DNA from: Camelus dromedarius
Taxonomy: Eukaryota
Direction of reading: 5' to 3'
Length of the DNA: 64,000 nucleotides
Assembly (NCBI RefSeq): GCF_036321535.1
Contig: NC_087436.1
Span: 26,538,001-26,602,000, forward strand
In this document: positions 25,707 through 39,974 of the stretch, one piece after another
How the letters are laid out: each line of letters starts with the position of its first letter
Numbering within the stretch: position 1 is the first letter of the stretch
Position numbers and translations under genes: made by a program
The notes under the pieces: model-generated
The model's input: only the letters and a program-made list of their open reading frames with translations
Databases searched by the model: none
What the model was told of the DNA's origin: nothing

Positions 25707-26130
25707 TTGTCCTAGGTGCAGTGGGAAACAGACTGCGAGGTTCACTTTGAGTCTGTGCCACCTTGGGGGAAGTGCCCTGGCGTCACTTACGGAGTGAAGG
25801 TGTAGGATTGGGCAGAATGGGTGATTGAACAGCCAAGCGCTTACACTTAAGTCAGAGGCCCCAGCTGGTCTTGCTGGGTTGACTCTTCACAGGCCCTCTT
25901 CAAGGTCAGGGGTGGGGAGCGCGTAGGGGGGTGAAGCGGACCTTCCTGTCCCTTCTTGTACTGGTTGTCGCACACTAGCTACAGCGTAAACTTGGTCTTG
26001 GTAGCTTCCTGAGGCTGTGGGAAATTTATGGGAGGCCAGTCAACTGAAAACTCTCGGAAGCCAAGGATTTGGAAGCTTGGGGCAGTGCCTGGGCCTGAAG
26101 GGGTGACTGCGCGGCCCCTCCCGGCGTCTG
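25707..26130 (-). mobile_element. LTR40-like ERVL LTR (degraded)
   Basis: GGGAAACAGACT, GGGGAAGTGCCCT, AGGATTGGGCAGA and CAGAGGCC motifs in the order I recall for antisense LTR40. Confidence 0.55.
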
Positions 26131-28049
26131 CTGTGCCGCCAGCTGAGCTGAATTGGAGACGCCTGAGCCGCCAGGCACTGCCAAGTGCTGCCAGGTGTCA
26201 GCGGTTAAGTCCTCAATGCACTGAGGTAATGTAGATGGGAGGCCAAACAGGAGAAGGCATCGGTTCCCCAAATCTTCCGTTTTTCTCCTTGGGACAAGGA
26301 AAGGTGAGAGTCAGGAAGTTCAGTGAAGACATGGGGATTGTCTCACTGCCGAGGGAAATGGAAACTAAGGCTCCTGGTGGGGATGTGGGGAGAAGGATGA
26401 GGGAAGAGGGCTAGAATGGGAAGTATCGCACCCTGAATCTGAGTGGAGAAAGCTGTCTTCAAGGCCTCTGGCCCCGGAAGGTGCTCTTGGCAGAGATGGC
26501 TGGGGAAGGCCTCAGCTGAGCTCCTCTCCTCTAAGGAGGCCTCCACGTGGAGGCACCGGGACTGGGAGTGCAGAGAGGAGGAAGACATGGTGGCCAGGGG
26601 GCTGGGTCCTTGACTGTTACTCCCCTGAGAGACTGCAGTGCCTTGGCTGTGCTGCAGGTCTGCTGTAGGGAGGGCAGCTTTCCTCTGACGTCTGCCAGGG
26701 AGGCCTTTGGAATTGCCTGTTGTTGGGCCTGGAAAAATCCCACAGGGGATTTTGTCCAATAGCTGTACTCCTCACACTGCAGCTCATTCTCAGCTGTGTC
26801 CATCTCTAATCTGTCTGCCTCTCCAGATTTGAAATTTTGGAAATCAAGTGTCTGGGTCGGAGTTCATCCTTTGGCCTCTATGGGAGTTGGCCCAAGAAAA
26901 CTGATGTGGGGTTTCTCTGCTATGGGTGAGGCCAACTGTCTGGAGTCCCTTGTCAGAGAATCTTTTGAAGATCACAAGGGTGCAGCTCCTCAAAAAAATG
27001 TGACTCAGAGCTGTGGGAACTGTTGTAGGGAGGCTTAAGTCAGCCCCGTGGATGTGCTTGATATTCTAAATATCTTAGCTGGGGGCTGGGACTGCGGCTT
27101 GCCTGATTCTGTGTCACTGGTCCATTGATGGAGAGATGGCTGTTCCTTTTCACATGAGGGATTGTGCCCAGTCTACTGCGAGACTAACAGGATGGGTTTT
27201 ATACATAGCTGAGGCAGCCAGAGAATGAATAAAACTTATACTCGCAGAATGCGTAACCATTGCAGTAAAGGTGCTGGAGGAGGCTGATAATTTGAACAGA
27301 AAAAATTAGTTAACAACAATTAGGGAAATTTCGATGCTTCAGCATCCATCCATACACTCACACAGGCGTGTAGTTAAGCAAGGGGGAAAAAAAGTCTGAA
27401 TTCTGAATAACAAGGAAATATTTCTCTTATGTTAGTTAAAAAATAAGATTGTCTTTTGAGGCCTAAATTAGTGACCTGGCAAACAAGTTGGAAGAAATTT
27501 CTTTAAGTGCATTTTAATAGTATAAAAAGAGGGAAAAACACAACAGCATGATACATTTAGATTAATTTTAAGGAAGAAAATAAACATAGAATATAAGCAA
27601 TGAATAAGTAAGTTAAAATAGACCTGAGTATTCAGACTAAAACAGCTTACCAACATCCAGGGAGTTATCAGAGACTGGAAACGCAGCTGGTTCCAGGCAA
27701 TTATTTGTATTTGTGTGTTGAAACATATGCCCTGATGCACTGGCATATGATTGTAAGAGCATGGGGGAATGTGAACGATTACACACCAGATTATGAACAG
27801 GTTATTAAATTACTAATATAGCAAGAATGGGGACGGATTATATGGGAGAAGGTGAGAGGGAGAGGCAAAAGAGACAGCCAGCCCAATAAGAGAAAAATGG
27901 GGCCTTCCCCAAATAATCATGATTAACATGCTTGTAGATTGAAATTAGTGTTAGTCTTAATCATTTATCTCAATTGTCTTCAATTAACATTGGTTAATTT
28001 AGAAACAAGAATGCCTGTGGAATAATATTTTTGCAGAAGACATAAAAAC

Positions 28050-28290
28050 AGTAATTAAAGGCTCAAGCTTTAGAACCAATCTGGCTATATTAAAATTTCA
28101 GGCCCAGCACTTCCTAAGGAATATAACTTAGAACAAATTACATAAACTCTCTGTTCTTTAGTTTCTTAATCTGTAAACTATGAAATAGGACTTAACTTCA
28201 TAGGACTGTATTGAGAATCAAATGATTCACTACATGAAAAGATCATGGAATAATAGTGCGTGGTAAATAGTCGGGTTTTGATAGATGCGG
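28050..28290 (+). mobile_element. MIR SINE
   Basis: AAACTCTCTGTTCTTTAGTTTCTTAATCTGTAAA...TCATAGGACTGTATTGAGAATCAAATGA. Confidence 0.65.
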
Positions 28291-28779
28291 GTTGCCATTA
28301 CTATTGCTGCTGCTGTTTTTATGTATCCAGTGTCAGGACTCCTGTGCTACTCAAAGGAGAATGTTCCTAGTAATGACAGCATTTTTGTTTTGCTCTATTT
28401 CAGTTTGCTTCAAAATAGTGTCTTGGCTTTATTACACAGTGTTTAAATTTTGTTTTGGAGTTTATAATTTCCTTTTATATTTTTGGAAAAACAAGAAAAT
28501 GCTTTCTGTATCATGACAAATGCTATCTAGCTTCCTTATTCTATTTATATATGAGATGAAAATTTTGGTTTTTTGAGCATGTTCTCAGATTCTACTGATA
28601 GAGGATTCTAATCTGAAGTCTTTTATTACAAGGACCAGTGCATCTCTCACACGATTATTCCTTCCCACCTTCCTCCCTCCCTCTCTCTTCCTCCCACCCA
28701 CCCACCTTTCACTTTCTTTCCTCTTTTTTTTTTTTCATCTTGAGAGAAAAGTTCTTGAATTTCACTTACCTCTCATTTT

Positions 28780-31700
28780 TCATCATAATTTTTCTGAAAT
28801 AGTGTCTTTTCATTTCAAGACTAATTTGAGGGAGGAATTTGGTTATTTCATGTCTGTAGGCTACATAATGGTTTCATTTTCAAACCAGTTTGGATGCTGG
28901 CCTGAATGTTGAATTTAGATTGAATATCATTTTTTTTCCTGAAAACTTTAAAATTATCACTTATTTTATAACATCAGGAGTCATCAGTGAGAAGTTCTGG
29001 GGAGGTTTGATTCTTTGTTTTTTTTTTTGTAGGTGGCCTGTTTTCAGAAATTTCCAAAGAATGATACTAGGTCTTTTTTTTTTTTCCCAAATGTCTCCTG
29101 CTTTACGCCTCATGAGCATTCTCTGTGTGATATCTTTGTAGCTCTAGATCCATTCCCGAGCTAGCGGACTTACTAGTAATTCTCCTCTTTTTGTTCTTTC
29201 ACTTAATACTATTCATCACCTATAGGACTAGCACAACTAATCATTTTGTCCCATATTTTCTCACAAGTTGTCTCCTTTAATTTTTATTATAATTAAAAAA
29301 ATGGAAATATAATACCCATCCCCCAGAATATAAGACGTAAGTGTACAGAGCAGTAATTATTACAAAATTAACAACATATCAGTATGACACAGGGAAAGAA
29401 ATAGAACAAGTTCCCCTTATGTTTCTTCCCCAAAACTGCAGTCTCTACTTCCCATAGATAACTATTGCTATAACTTCATATTATATCAAATAATATCGTT
29501 TATCTGTTCCTGTGTTTGAAATACATGGAGGTTAAAATCAAGCAGTATGTATTCTGTGTCTAACTTCTTTTACTAAACATTATACTCATGATCACGTTAC
29601 AGGTTGTTTTGTTTTTTTCACTCTTTGCATTGCATACGTATTTTTAGCAAAAACAAAAAAAGATTTTGCGCTTGGAGTTGCACTGAATCTACAGAATACA
29701 TTGAGGAGAACTAGAAATTACAATACTGCATCTCACAATCCAAGCAGATGATAATCCCAACATTTACTTAGGCCCTTTGTACATTTTCACAATTATATTG
29801 TACAGTTTTTTACATAGAAATCTAATACAATTTTTGATATATTTATTCCTAGGAGCTTTATTCCTAGATGTTTTGATTTTAGGTATAGTTTTTTTTTTGA
29901 AATAAGTTTATGTTCTACTTAATTGTTATTAGTATAAGGAAATACATTAATTTTTAATTACAGATCCAGTTACTTTTCTTGACATAGAACATGTCAGTTT
30001 TTCTGTTTATACTTGTGTCTGCTTTAAGTTTTTTCTCATTTTCTAGAAACCTGTCCATTTAATCTAGGTTTTCTTTTTTCTGTTGTTGGCATAAAGTTTG
30101 TTTTGATTATGTGTGTTTGCATCTTGTGACTTCTTAAAGTTGATAGAGTCCATAAATCCTCTTTTCTATTTGCAACATTTGTAAATACCTCTGTATCCTA
30201 TGATTTAATCCTCCTATGATTTAATACATTTTACTGGTCTTTAATTATAATAGTTATTAGTTAAGAACCTACTCACACTGTTGATCTCCATTGTACTGTA
30301 GTTTTCTATTTCATTGTTTTATGCTCTTTTAATTTTTAAAATTTACTTTCTTCTACTCTTTAGGATGTAATTTATTGCTCCTCAGAGTTCTTGAGGTGGA
30401 TATTTAGATCTCTGATTTTCAGCCTTTTTTCTTGTTTAATCAAGACATTCAGATCTTTAAATTCCCTTTAAGTATGGTTTAGCTGTGTTGCACAAGTTTT
30501 GGTACATTGCATTTTCATTATAAATCAGCTCAGAATACTTTCTATTTTTAATTGTAATGTTTTCTTTGATCTGCTGGTTTTTAAAAAATATGTGGCTTAA
30601 TTTCCAAACACATGGAGTTTCCTTATCTTTTTTCTTATTTTGTATTTACATCTGTATAACTTTAACCCTTTATCATTTTTGAGACTTACTTTATTCATGT
30701 CCCAGAGTGTCCTGAAGTTTAGTAAATATCCTCTGAATATTTGAAAAGAGTGTGCATTCTGTGGTTTTTCTGTTGAGATTGTCCACATATGCCAGTAAAG
30801 TCAGGGTTGTTTATTGTATTGGTCAATCTTCTAGTCCTTCTTTTTGTAAGCTTCTCCAGTCTGTTACTAAAAAAAATAAGTTAAAAAAATTCTCCTAAAA
30901 AGGTGATTTTTCTTAATTCTGCTTTTGTTGCAATTAATTTTTGCTTTATGTATTTTGATACTGTTAGGTGCGTATTATACCAGGTTGTATTGCCAGATAC
31001 ATAGAAGTTTAGAATGATATGTTCCCAGTAATTTTAGTAATTAATTAATCATACTTGAACATTATAGAGAATCCTTTTTTTTTGCCTTAGAATCTATTTT
31101 ATATGTTACTAACAGTGCTAGCAGCTTTCTTTTGGAAAATTTTCTGTCATTTATTTTTCCATCCTTTTACTTTCAACCTTCCTTAATCCTTGTATTTGTA
31201 ACATACATTCATTCAGCTTTTTTAGCCTGTGTGATAATTATCTTCTAAATTTAACATTAGCTCATTTCTATTGTGAGGTAATTAAATAATTATTTGGGTT
31301 TAAGTCTGTCATGTTGTTTGCATATTTTTTGTCCTACCATTCTGCTTTTCCCTATAATGCATCTTAGTTGGAAACATTGCAACATTTTTACTCATTTTCC
31401 GCTATTAACTAGCTTGATAAATACTCACTTTTTTTTTTACAATTCAGTTAGCAGTTATCCGGAATTTACAAATTTGTACTGGATCTGTTGGCCTTAGTGT
31501 AAATTAGTACCTTACCTTATACGAGAAAAAGCATGGACATTTAAAACAGTTTATTTCTCCTTAAAATTTATATTTTTCCTGTATGTTAATTGTATATATT
31601 TAAAACTACATAATACATTTAAATTATGTGATTATATAGTATATGTTTATTTATATTAATGCGTATATTTATCCTTTTCATTGTTCCTAACTTCAGCTTT

Positions 31701-33290
31701 TCAAACTGGACAATTACTTTTGGCTTGAAGAATAATCTTTGTGTGTCCTTTATTGTGGGTTTACTGGTGACATATTTTGCTTCATTTTTGTTGTCTGAAA
31801 ATGATTGTATTTTACTTCCACTTTGGAAAGTTATTTTCTTTGGTTATTAAGTTCTATATTGGCAGCTTTTTTCTTTCAACATTTTGAGAGTATAATTCCA
31901 TTGTCTTCTGCTCTTTTCAATTTTGTTAAGAATCAGCTCTCAGCCTTAGTATTGCTCCTTCGAAAATAATATGACTTTACTTTTCCTGCTGCTTTTATTA
32001 TCTACTCTTTATTTTTATTTTCAGTAGTTTTCCTCTGATGTGCATAGGCTTAGTGTTTTTGTTTTTTGTTTTTTCCTTTAAATTTTGGATTTAACTTGCT
32101 TGGAGTTTACTGTGCTGCTTTTGCCATTAAAAAAAAAAAAGACATAGCAAATATCACTTGACGTATGTTCATCAACTCTCTTTTCTTCCTGGGAGTCAAA
32201 TTAATGCATTCATGATCTTATTTCCATATCTCTTATCTCTTTGTTCCTTATGTTACATCTCTGTGATTTTTATTTTGGTTATTTTTTTTTCCATTTCTTC
32301 CAGTTCCTTACCCCTTCAGTTTATCAATATATAATCATCCATTAAACCCACTTATTTATTTAGTTTTTTGTTTTTATGTTTAAAGTTCCATTTTGCTTTT
32401 GAAAAATAATTCCCATTTCTGTCAAAGTTATGAATGCAGTCTTTTGAATTATTGAAGAGTCTCTGTCTAATCAGTACCTTATATGGATCTTCTTTCCATT
32501 GTTTCTTTTCCTTTTCAGACATACCATTTTTTCACTTATTTTGTTTGGTTATTTTTGACTGAGTGCTGGGCACTCTACACAAAAGAAATGTAGATTTGAG
32601 GTCTAGAATGATGTTACTTTAACTCAGAGAGAATTCATATTTGCTCTGACAAGCAAATAAGGACACTAGGAATCCTGAATTACTGTAATCCAATTTCAAG
32701 ATTAAGATGATCTGAAGTTGGCTTTTAGTCCCTGCAAGACTTGGTGTACTTTGCATCCACTTTTTATTATCAGGTGCTCCTGAAAGTCTTAATGCAAAGC
32801 ATGGTATTTTAAACAGGGTTAGTTTGTTTGTTTGTTTTGAAAGGCTCTGAACATCATATACTAATTTCTAGAGCGCAGTGAGGGTCTCAGAAGCTTTAGC
32901 CTTTCTGCCTTCCAACTCTTCAGGAGTTGTTTTTCCTCTGTGGTAAAACTGACTCAAAGATATGGTTCCCATTTCTTGTTTTTTTTCCCCTGGATGTCAT
33001 CCCCATAATTCTTCCCTGACATTTGAACTTCTTTTCATTTTTCGGTTGAATTTTCAATTGTTTTCTGTTTTGTGTAACTTTTTCTTGTTTTTTTGACTCT
33101 TTCTCTTTTTGTTCTTTGTGTTTCCTTCAATTACATCTTCTAGGCTGTCAATTGTCTTTTTAATATTTTTTTTTCCCTCAAATCATTTTTAGTAGGTAAG
33201 AGCACTCTTTAGTTTTGTGAGTTGTTTCCTTTTAATAGCACCCAATTACATTTTCATATAGATGTAAGAAACTTTTTAAATGCTCTGAGC
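28780..33290 (-). mobile_element. Long, heavily degraded L1M fragments
   Basis: Strong T-skew with antisense L1 motifs TATATTTATTCCTAGG, CACAAGTTTTGGTACATTGCATTTTCATT, CCATCCTTTTACTTTCAACCT, TTGTCTGAAAATG and ATTCCATTGTCTTCTG; boundaries approximate. Confidence 0.7.
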
Positions 33291-33310
33291 ATACTAATAG
33301 GAGTAATTTT

Positions 33311-33502
33311 TTTAACATTTTTTATTGATTTATAATCATTTTACAATGTTCTGTCAAATTCCAGTGTTCAGCACAATTTTTCAGTTATTCATGGACATAT
33401 ACACACTCATTGTCACATTTTTTTCTCTGTGAGTTATCATAACATTTTGTGTATATTTCCCTGTGCTATACAGTGTAGTCTGTTCTACAATTTTGAAATC
33501 CC
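33311..33502 (-). mobile_element. Young 5'-truncated L1 (distinct 3'UTR subfamily)
   Basis: Perfect 12-bp TSD AGGAGTAATTTT (33299-33310, 33503-33514) at a canonical TT/AAAA endonuclease site; contains TTCCCTGTGCTATACAG. Confidence 0.92.
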
Positions 33503-34099
33503 AGGAGTAATTTTAAAATCCCCCTTCCACGGTGTTTTGGAAGGATGCATGTTCTGTTTTAATTTTGGTCTTTTTCTTTCTTCTTCCCTTCAGCAGAAAT
33601 TAAGAGCTCCTGGCAACATTCCCACTTCTCATTCTCCACAACATTCACAGCTTGCCACCAATATCTGGCTTGGGACCATTAGGACCAGTTGCATGGTGGC
33701 TCTTATTTCTGTTTATCTGATGGCAGAAGCAGCTCAGAATTCCCTTATCATCTGTCATAGTCTGGTTCTGATCTACTTATAACCCTAGGGATGACTCTTG
33801 TGATGACTTATGTGATTCTCTCTCTAATCAATCTCCATTTCCTTAAAAACAAAAAATCCTTTTAGATTGACCTTAAGAACTCATTGTTTGTCATCAACAA
33901 ATCTTTTATATCATCAGGCACTGTTAAAGAGCATGCCCTTTGTCTCTTGCTGAAACTGATACCTGAGTTTCCTTATGCCAGCCCTTCCTCTGCTGGCCTC
34001 TTGTGTGCGGACCACATGGTGGGTGGGCTCTCTTACCTCTTACTTCACTTCTAAACCACTTCCCCTTTCTTCCACAAAAACAACCAGCTTTGATTCTCA

Positions 34100-36350
34100 T
34101 ATAATAAGGCACTATCAGTCCATTCTTTTGCAGCTGGTTACTGAAACTCGGGAGCTTTATTACCTAGCTCATTGTCACTCTCTCCACCTTGAATCCTTTC
34201 ATGAGTCCTGGCTATTTCAATATTTGAGTTACTAGAATCTAGTAGATTATTTTCCCAGTAACCTGATTTATTAGCTTCTTGGCCTCCTCATCTTCATTTC
34301 TTGACTTCCATGCCATTTTTTTCCCATGATCATGTTGTAGATTTTCTCTTTACCAATAACTGCAATCCCTAAAGAAGCCTAGTTTCGAATATTCCACTCT
34401 CTAGTCCACCAGCTGTCATTTTTCCAGCTCTCTCCCTCTAGAAATCTAACTCCACCAATTTCTCCACCTCAGTGTAACCTACAAAATTTAGTTTCTTCCA
34501 ATTCTCCAACGTATTTTATCTCATCAAGTTGTTATTTCCAATTTAATTTCATAGTCAGTCATTAGCATCATTTCCTCATAATTTTCATCAATGTCCCCCC
34601 TTCCATAATTTGTCTTACTTGCTTGTCTAAATCATAACCTGATGAAAGTTCTTTTTATTTCTTTTCCTATTCTCTCCCAGTCCCTGCAGAGGTAAATATG
34701 GTGACTGAACACTATAGCCAGCTGATCATCTCAAGATTAGTATTTATCAACTTGAATGATGCCTACTGTACATAAATTATACCAGTTTATTTAGTTATAC
34801 TCCCAGGGAAATAGTCTTTCTACTCTCTTCAAATCTACAATATCTCCTACCTAATTCTTCCCCAGAGTTTATAACTTTACTTCATATTTTAAAAACAACT
34901 CAAAGTAATCTGTTAAGCTCTTCCAACCACATTATGCTGTCTGCGTGGCATTTGTGACCAGATATTCCTCTTTCTTCAGTTACCACAAAAGAAATATTTC
35001 TGTTCTTGACTTTGGTTAAATATCCACTTGTACGCTGGATGGCATATTCTTTTTTTTTAAATTTTGTATATACATATGTTTTTATTTCAGTATAGTCAGT
35101 TTACAATGTTGTCTCAATTTCTGGTGTACAGCGTAATGCTCCAGTAATACATGAACATATACATATTCATTTTCATATTCTTTTTAACCATAAGTTACTA
35201 CAAGATATTGAATATAGTTCCCTGTGCTATACAGTATAAAGTTGTTTATTTTATATATAGTAGTTGGTATCTGCAAATCTCAAACTCCCAGTTTATCCCT
35301 TCCCACCCCCTTCTCCCCTAGTAACCATAAGTTTGTTTTCTATGTCTGTGAGTCTGTTTTCTGTTTTGTAAATAAGTTTGTTTGTTTAGATTACACACAT
35401 AAGTGTTGATATAAGTGATACCATACGGTATTTTTCTTTCTCATTCTGGCTTACTTCACTTAGCATGACTTTCTCCAGGTCCATCCATGTTGCTGCAAAT
35501 GGCATTGTTTTATTCTTTCTAATGGCTGAGAATTCCATTGTATAAATATAGCACAACCTCTTTATCCAGTCATCTGTCAATGGCCACTTACGTTGTTTCC
35601 ATGTCTTGGCTGTTGTATATGGTGCTGCTATGAACACTGGGTGCATGTGTCTTTTTGAGTTAGATTTTTCTCTGGATATATGCTCAGGAGTGGGATTACT
35701 GGATCGTATGGTAAGTCTGTTTTTAGTCTTTTGAGGGATCTCCATACTAGTTTCCATAATGGCTGAACCAAACTACTTTCCCACCAGCAGTGCAGAAGGG
35801 TTCCCTTTTCTCCCCACCCTCTCCAGCATTTATCATTTGTGGACTTCTGAATGATGGCCATTCTGACTGGTGTGAGGTGATACCTCATTGTAGTTTTGAT
35901 TTGCATTTCTCTGATAATTAGTGATAATGAACATTTTTTCGTGTGCCTCTTGGCCATTTGTATGTCTTCACTGGAGAATTGCTTGTTTAGGTCTTCTGGG
36001 CATATTCTTATATAAAGATATTACTCAGGCAATTTTCCCTTTTTTCTTTTGCATCATCTAGTTTTCCTTTTCCACTTTACTATTTTTGCATGATCTTGCA
36101 AATATGCTGTTATTTTCCTTATTAAACAAAATGCAAAACAAAAGAAACACTTTTCTTGACCTCAGTTGTCTAGCTAGCTTTACATTTCCTTATCAACATA
36201 ACTCTGTAAATGAGGAATCTTCATTTGCTAACTTCATTTTTTTTTCCTTTTCTAATTCCAGTTCTTCTCTTAACATATCGGGGAAACTGATTCCTATCAA
36301 GCTTTTGCATAAATACTCCAATTGAACTGTTCTGGCCAAAGATTTCTCAC
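34100..36350 (+). mobile_element. LINE-2 remnant interrupted by a young L1
   Basis: Pyrimidine-rich, with L2-like motifs TCTTGGCCTCCTCATCTTC, TTACCAATAACTGC, CCACTCTCTAGTCCACC and CCACTTGTACGCTGGAT. Confidence 0.5.
35052..35998 (-). mobile_element. Young 5'-truncated L1 (ORF2 C-terminus plus 3'UTR)
   Basis: ORFs 35628-35957 ([40 protein letters not shown]) and 35386-35757 (FAATWMDLE..LSEVSQ) are frameshifted L1 ORF2p C-terminus; TSD GGCATATTCTT at 35041-35051 and 35999-36009. Confidence 0.97.
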
Positions 36351-37169
36351 ATCTCAGGATACATCCCTGTGAAGTGTGACTCTGGTGTTCCCAGCATCAA
36401 TTTTCCCCAATCCCTTGAATCTGGAGTGTTTCCATAACAAGGACCTATTATGGGCTTTGGGGCCATGCTGTGGGAGAAGTTCTGGAAAGACAATAAATAG
36501 ACTGTTGGTAGAGATTGAAAGAACTGTGAATAAACATATGTACAAAATATAAACTACATATTCATGAATATATAAACTATTCGCTTTCAGTGATCTTTCT
36601 GCTTCTTGTAACTTGAGTTCATCCTCGTCTGTGACCCTCTAGAAACTGGATGCTAGCCATGTCTGTTCTAGTACTTTCTTGCAGTGCCTAGCTCCCTAGC
36701 ATTCAGGATTTTGCTTCTGGGCAGCTCCTCATCTCTGGCCAGTTGGGCTTTCTTTTTAGATAAACTTGGTGGGATGATTCTGTCTACATTCATATCTATT
36801 ACCTTCTCCAGAAGAGAAGTTGAGATTCAGAAAGCTACATACAACTCATCTTTGCTCAGCATTTTCTTTAGGAGATAGATGTAGTAGTATCGGGGTTTTA
36901 TGATAAAAAGAGAAAAGGGGACTTGGGTGAGGGTATCAGTAATGGACTTGGGACAATTGAACCACTGGAGAAAGAATCAAAGAAAAGCCCACAAAGCTAC
37001 CGAGTGATACCTGAGGTAACCATATCTCATCATAACTACCAGTATTTTACATCTTAAAATGACATGAAATTTTAGTATATTGAAGTCCTTAAAATCAGTG
37101 ACTAACCCTGAAAGATGGCCAGAGATTTTTGAGTAGATACATAGAGGACAAGCAGAATCTTAGATATTT

Positions 37170-37290
37170 TTGATGGTGAGCTCCATGAGAACAGACACTG
37201 TTTTTTCTCTCTCTCCTTGTCTTCCTAACAATCAATTAAACTATTGATGTATAATAGTGACTAAATAAATATTTGTTGAATGTGGATGAA
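37170..37290 (+). mobile_element. LINE-2 3' end
   Basis: GTGAGCTCCATGAGAACAGACACTG...AATAAATATTTGTTGAATG. Confidence 0.65.
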
Positions 37291-38474
37291 TCCATGTTAA
37301 AGGTTGTCAGTTTTTCTGTAAAAATAGGCAGGGAAACAGAAATGTATATATGTTTGAGAAATAGTAATACAGGTTGGCTGGAGTCTAGGGTGGTGATAAT
37401 GAAAATCAAGGGGCCAAGCTTGAAAGGGAGTGAGACTTGCTATCGTATTAATATTTTCCCATTGCATAATGTAATCAGTAGAAGATAAGCATTACATAAG
37501 AGCCTTAAGGAGATGATAATTTTTTTCAAGAAATGAGAGTGTCTGCTTTGCCATAGATGGTGTGCATATTTAGGGAATAGATGGGCTTTTAAGCCTGTCT
37601 CAGATCACACCACTCCACATTAGACAAGTTTGTTTTGAGACTATGAATAAGGTTATACTTTCCTTATATAATAATGTGAAGGTTATTTTATTTGAGGAAG
37701 AATTAAATTATTTTGTATTCTTAAAATTTCCATTTGCTTTCCATAACGTTTTTATTTTCTGGGATCCTTGCTAATCAGTATTCCAAACTATTTTGGGTAT
37801 ATCTGAAGAGGTGATTTGATTTAAATGACTTGTCTACTGACATGTAATGTAGTGTCTTATTCTGGTTAGGAACAAATTATTTAGTAAACTCGGATTTGCC
37901 TTCAGAAATAGTCACTGCCTACTGATCAAAAGAAAACTTCTGTTTTCATTGTGGGATGCCAGCACGCTGAGGAGGAAGGGAATTTTGGAACCACGTGGCA
38001 TAGCTGCACAGGCATGAACAGTAGCAGCAAGAGACTGGGTGGCAGGTGCAGCTGGCTAGAAATTGGGAAAGGCATGCTGTGCTATTTGCAGAAAAAGGTT
38101 CAGTCTGTACCCTTCTCCATTGTGGAGACAAACTATATTTCTTGCAAATTAATAGGCAAAGCCTAGAAATCTGGATGTAGTTCAGAAAAGGTTAAAGAAA
38201 CAGTTCAAAAAAATCAAAGCACGGAACAGGAAGTTATTAGAAAGCCAAGCTGAGTTTCTGTGGGCTTTGAGTGGAGAATTAGGTGTTTGTCTCTTGCTGT
38301 ATAAAATCTCCTGGAAGAAAGTCTCAGCTGTTTACAAAGTATTAAATCGATATTATGAAAGATATGTTGCATTTCTTATGTATTAACATCTAGCTACAAA
38401 CTTGGATTGAAGATACAGATAAAAAGAGGTATATTTAATCTCTGAAATATTTTGAATAGAATATTATAGCTCTT

Positions 38475-38558
38475 GGGAAAGAAAGAAAAAGAGAGAGGGA
38501 GAGAAAGAGGGAAGGAAGGAAGGAAGTAGGAGGGAGGGAGAAAAGAAAGAGAAGGAAA
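38475..38558 (+). repeat. Polypurine (GA/GGAA) simple repeat
   Basis: ~80 nt of almost pure A/G including (GGAA)n. Confidence 0.85.
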
Positions 38559-39974
38559 ATGTTAATTTCTTTAGGATCTTAGGCCAGCATATGCTTCTCT
38601 ACTGATGGCAAGTCATAATTACTGCTTTGACTCCTAAATTCCCCAGTTTTTATTCTCTTCAAGTACAGCAATTATTTTACATAAATATGTGTTTGTGTAT
38701 GAGAGTGAAAGGGAAAATGACTACTATTTTTGAAGCAGCATCTGATGTTGAGAATAAAAAATGAGAACTGAAGGGAACTTTAATATTTTACTTAAGTATT
38801 TGAAATTAAGACTATTGTACAGGATTGAGTTACACATTTTTATCTTGAGATATTTCGTTGTTTTATTTGCATTGTAGTGACTAAAGGAATTAAAATTTAT
38901 TAGAAACTCTCGTTTATGCACTGGAATTGTTTAAGAAGCATATTGATTACCTGGCAGTTAAGTATCTATAAAAGATCTTGAGTATCGAATCATCTGAAAT
39001 TACCACTTAATGGGTGTTACATGATTGTATAGCTTTTAATATGTTAAACGTATTTATGTGGAATGTTTATTGGTCTGTCTTTTTTTTCTATTAGTTACTG
39101 TCTCCCTGTCCCCATGCCTTCTTAGAGAATTTCATCACATAGCCTTTTCAGAACCCATGCTCTGTCGGTCAAGCCATATACCATGGAATAAGCACATTAG
39201 TTTCAATTACTTTGAGGACTATTTTGGAGGCGCATTAAACCAAGAGTGTATCAGTAAATGTTTAGAATCTATTTTTAAAGTAGTAGCTTTAAGGGAAACC
39301 TGAGTCACTGGATTTATATCCCTTTAAAAGAGATATTTAAAATGTCTTCATGTGGCTAGATTGTCTTTACAGCGATGACCCTTGTTCTCTTGGGCCTTGG
39401 GAAGTTTCACTGGGTTGAGTGTGGATGTGAATGTACCTGTACATGTGTATGAGTTGTGTTTAAGCAGGAAGCCGTCTCCATTACACTCACCCACCACTCA
39501 GCTTCCAAAACCCTCCTGTGCTTGGCGATTTCTCATAGGTCCAACCCAGGCCATGAGGATGCTGTCAGGATGTGACAGGTGACAAAGACCAAGTGAGGCT
39601 AGCATACTTTGAGGCTGGGGCACACAGGTGTATCTGCACAGGGTCACAGTCAATAGCCGTGAATTCAGATTCATTCTCTGCAGCTAAGTGGCCGTCATGA
39701 ACAAAGCTCTTAACCCTTTTGAGCCTCCTAAGCAGAATTCTACCCTCAGATTGTTGTTAAGCTAAAACAAGACAGCATGAAGATGTTCTGTGCAATTCCT
39801 GGTACAAAAGTTCATGCTTAATAAGTATTAGTGGAAACAAAAAAAAAGTCTTGTGAAAACAGTGTCAATTCTGTGGCCTTATCATGTAAAGACGGGAATG
39901 ACTAGTGAAAGCTATTGTTTATTTTCTGTGGTTTTTTTGGTTGTTGATTGGTTGCTATTTTAACATTCATTTTT

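Noticed and set aside
26343..27038. Overlapping GC-rich ORFs, including the 138-aa ORF
   Set aside because: GC richness explains the lack of stops; there is no recognisable domain, and the region is probably old ERVL-related sequence.
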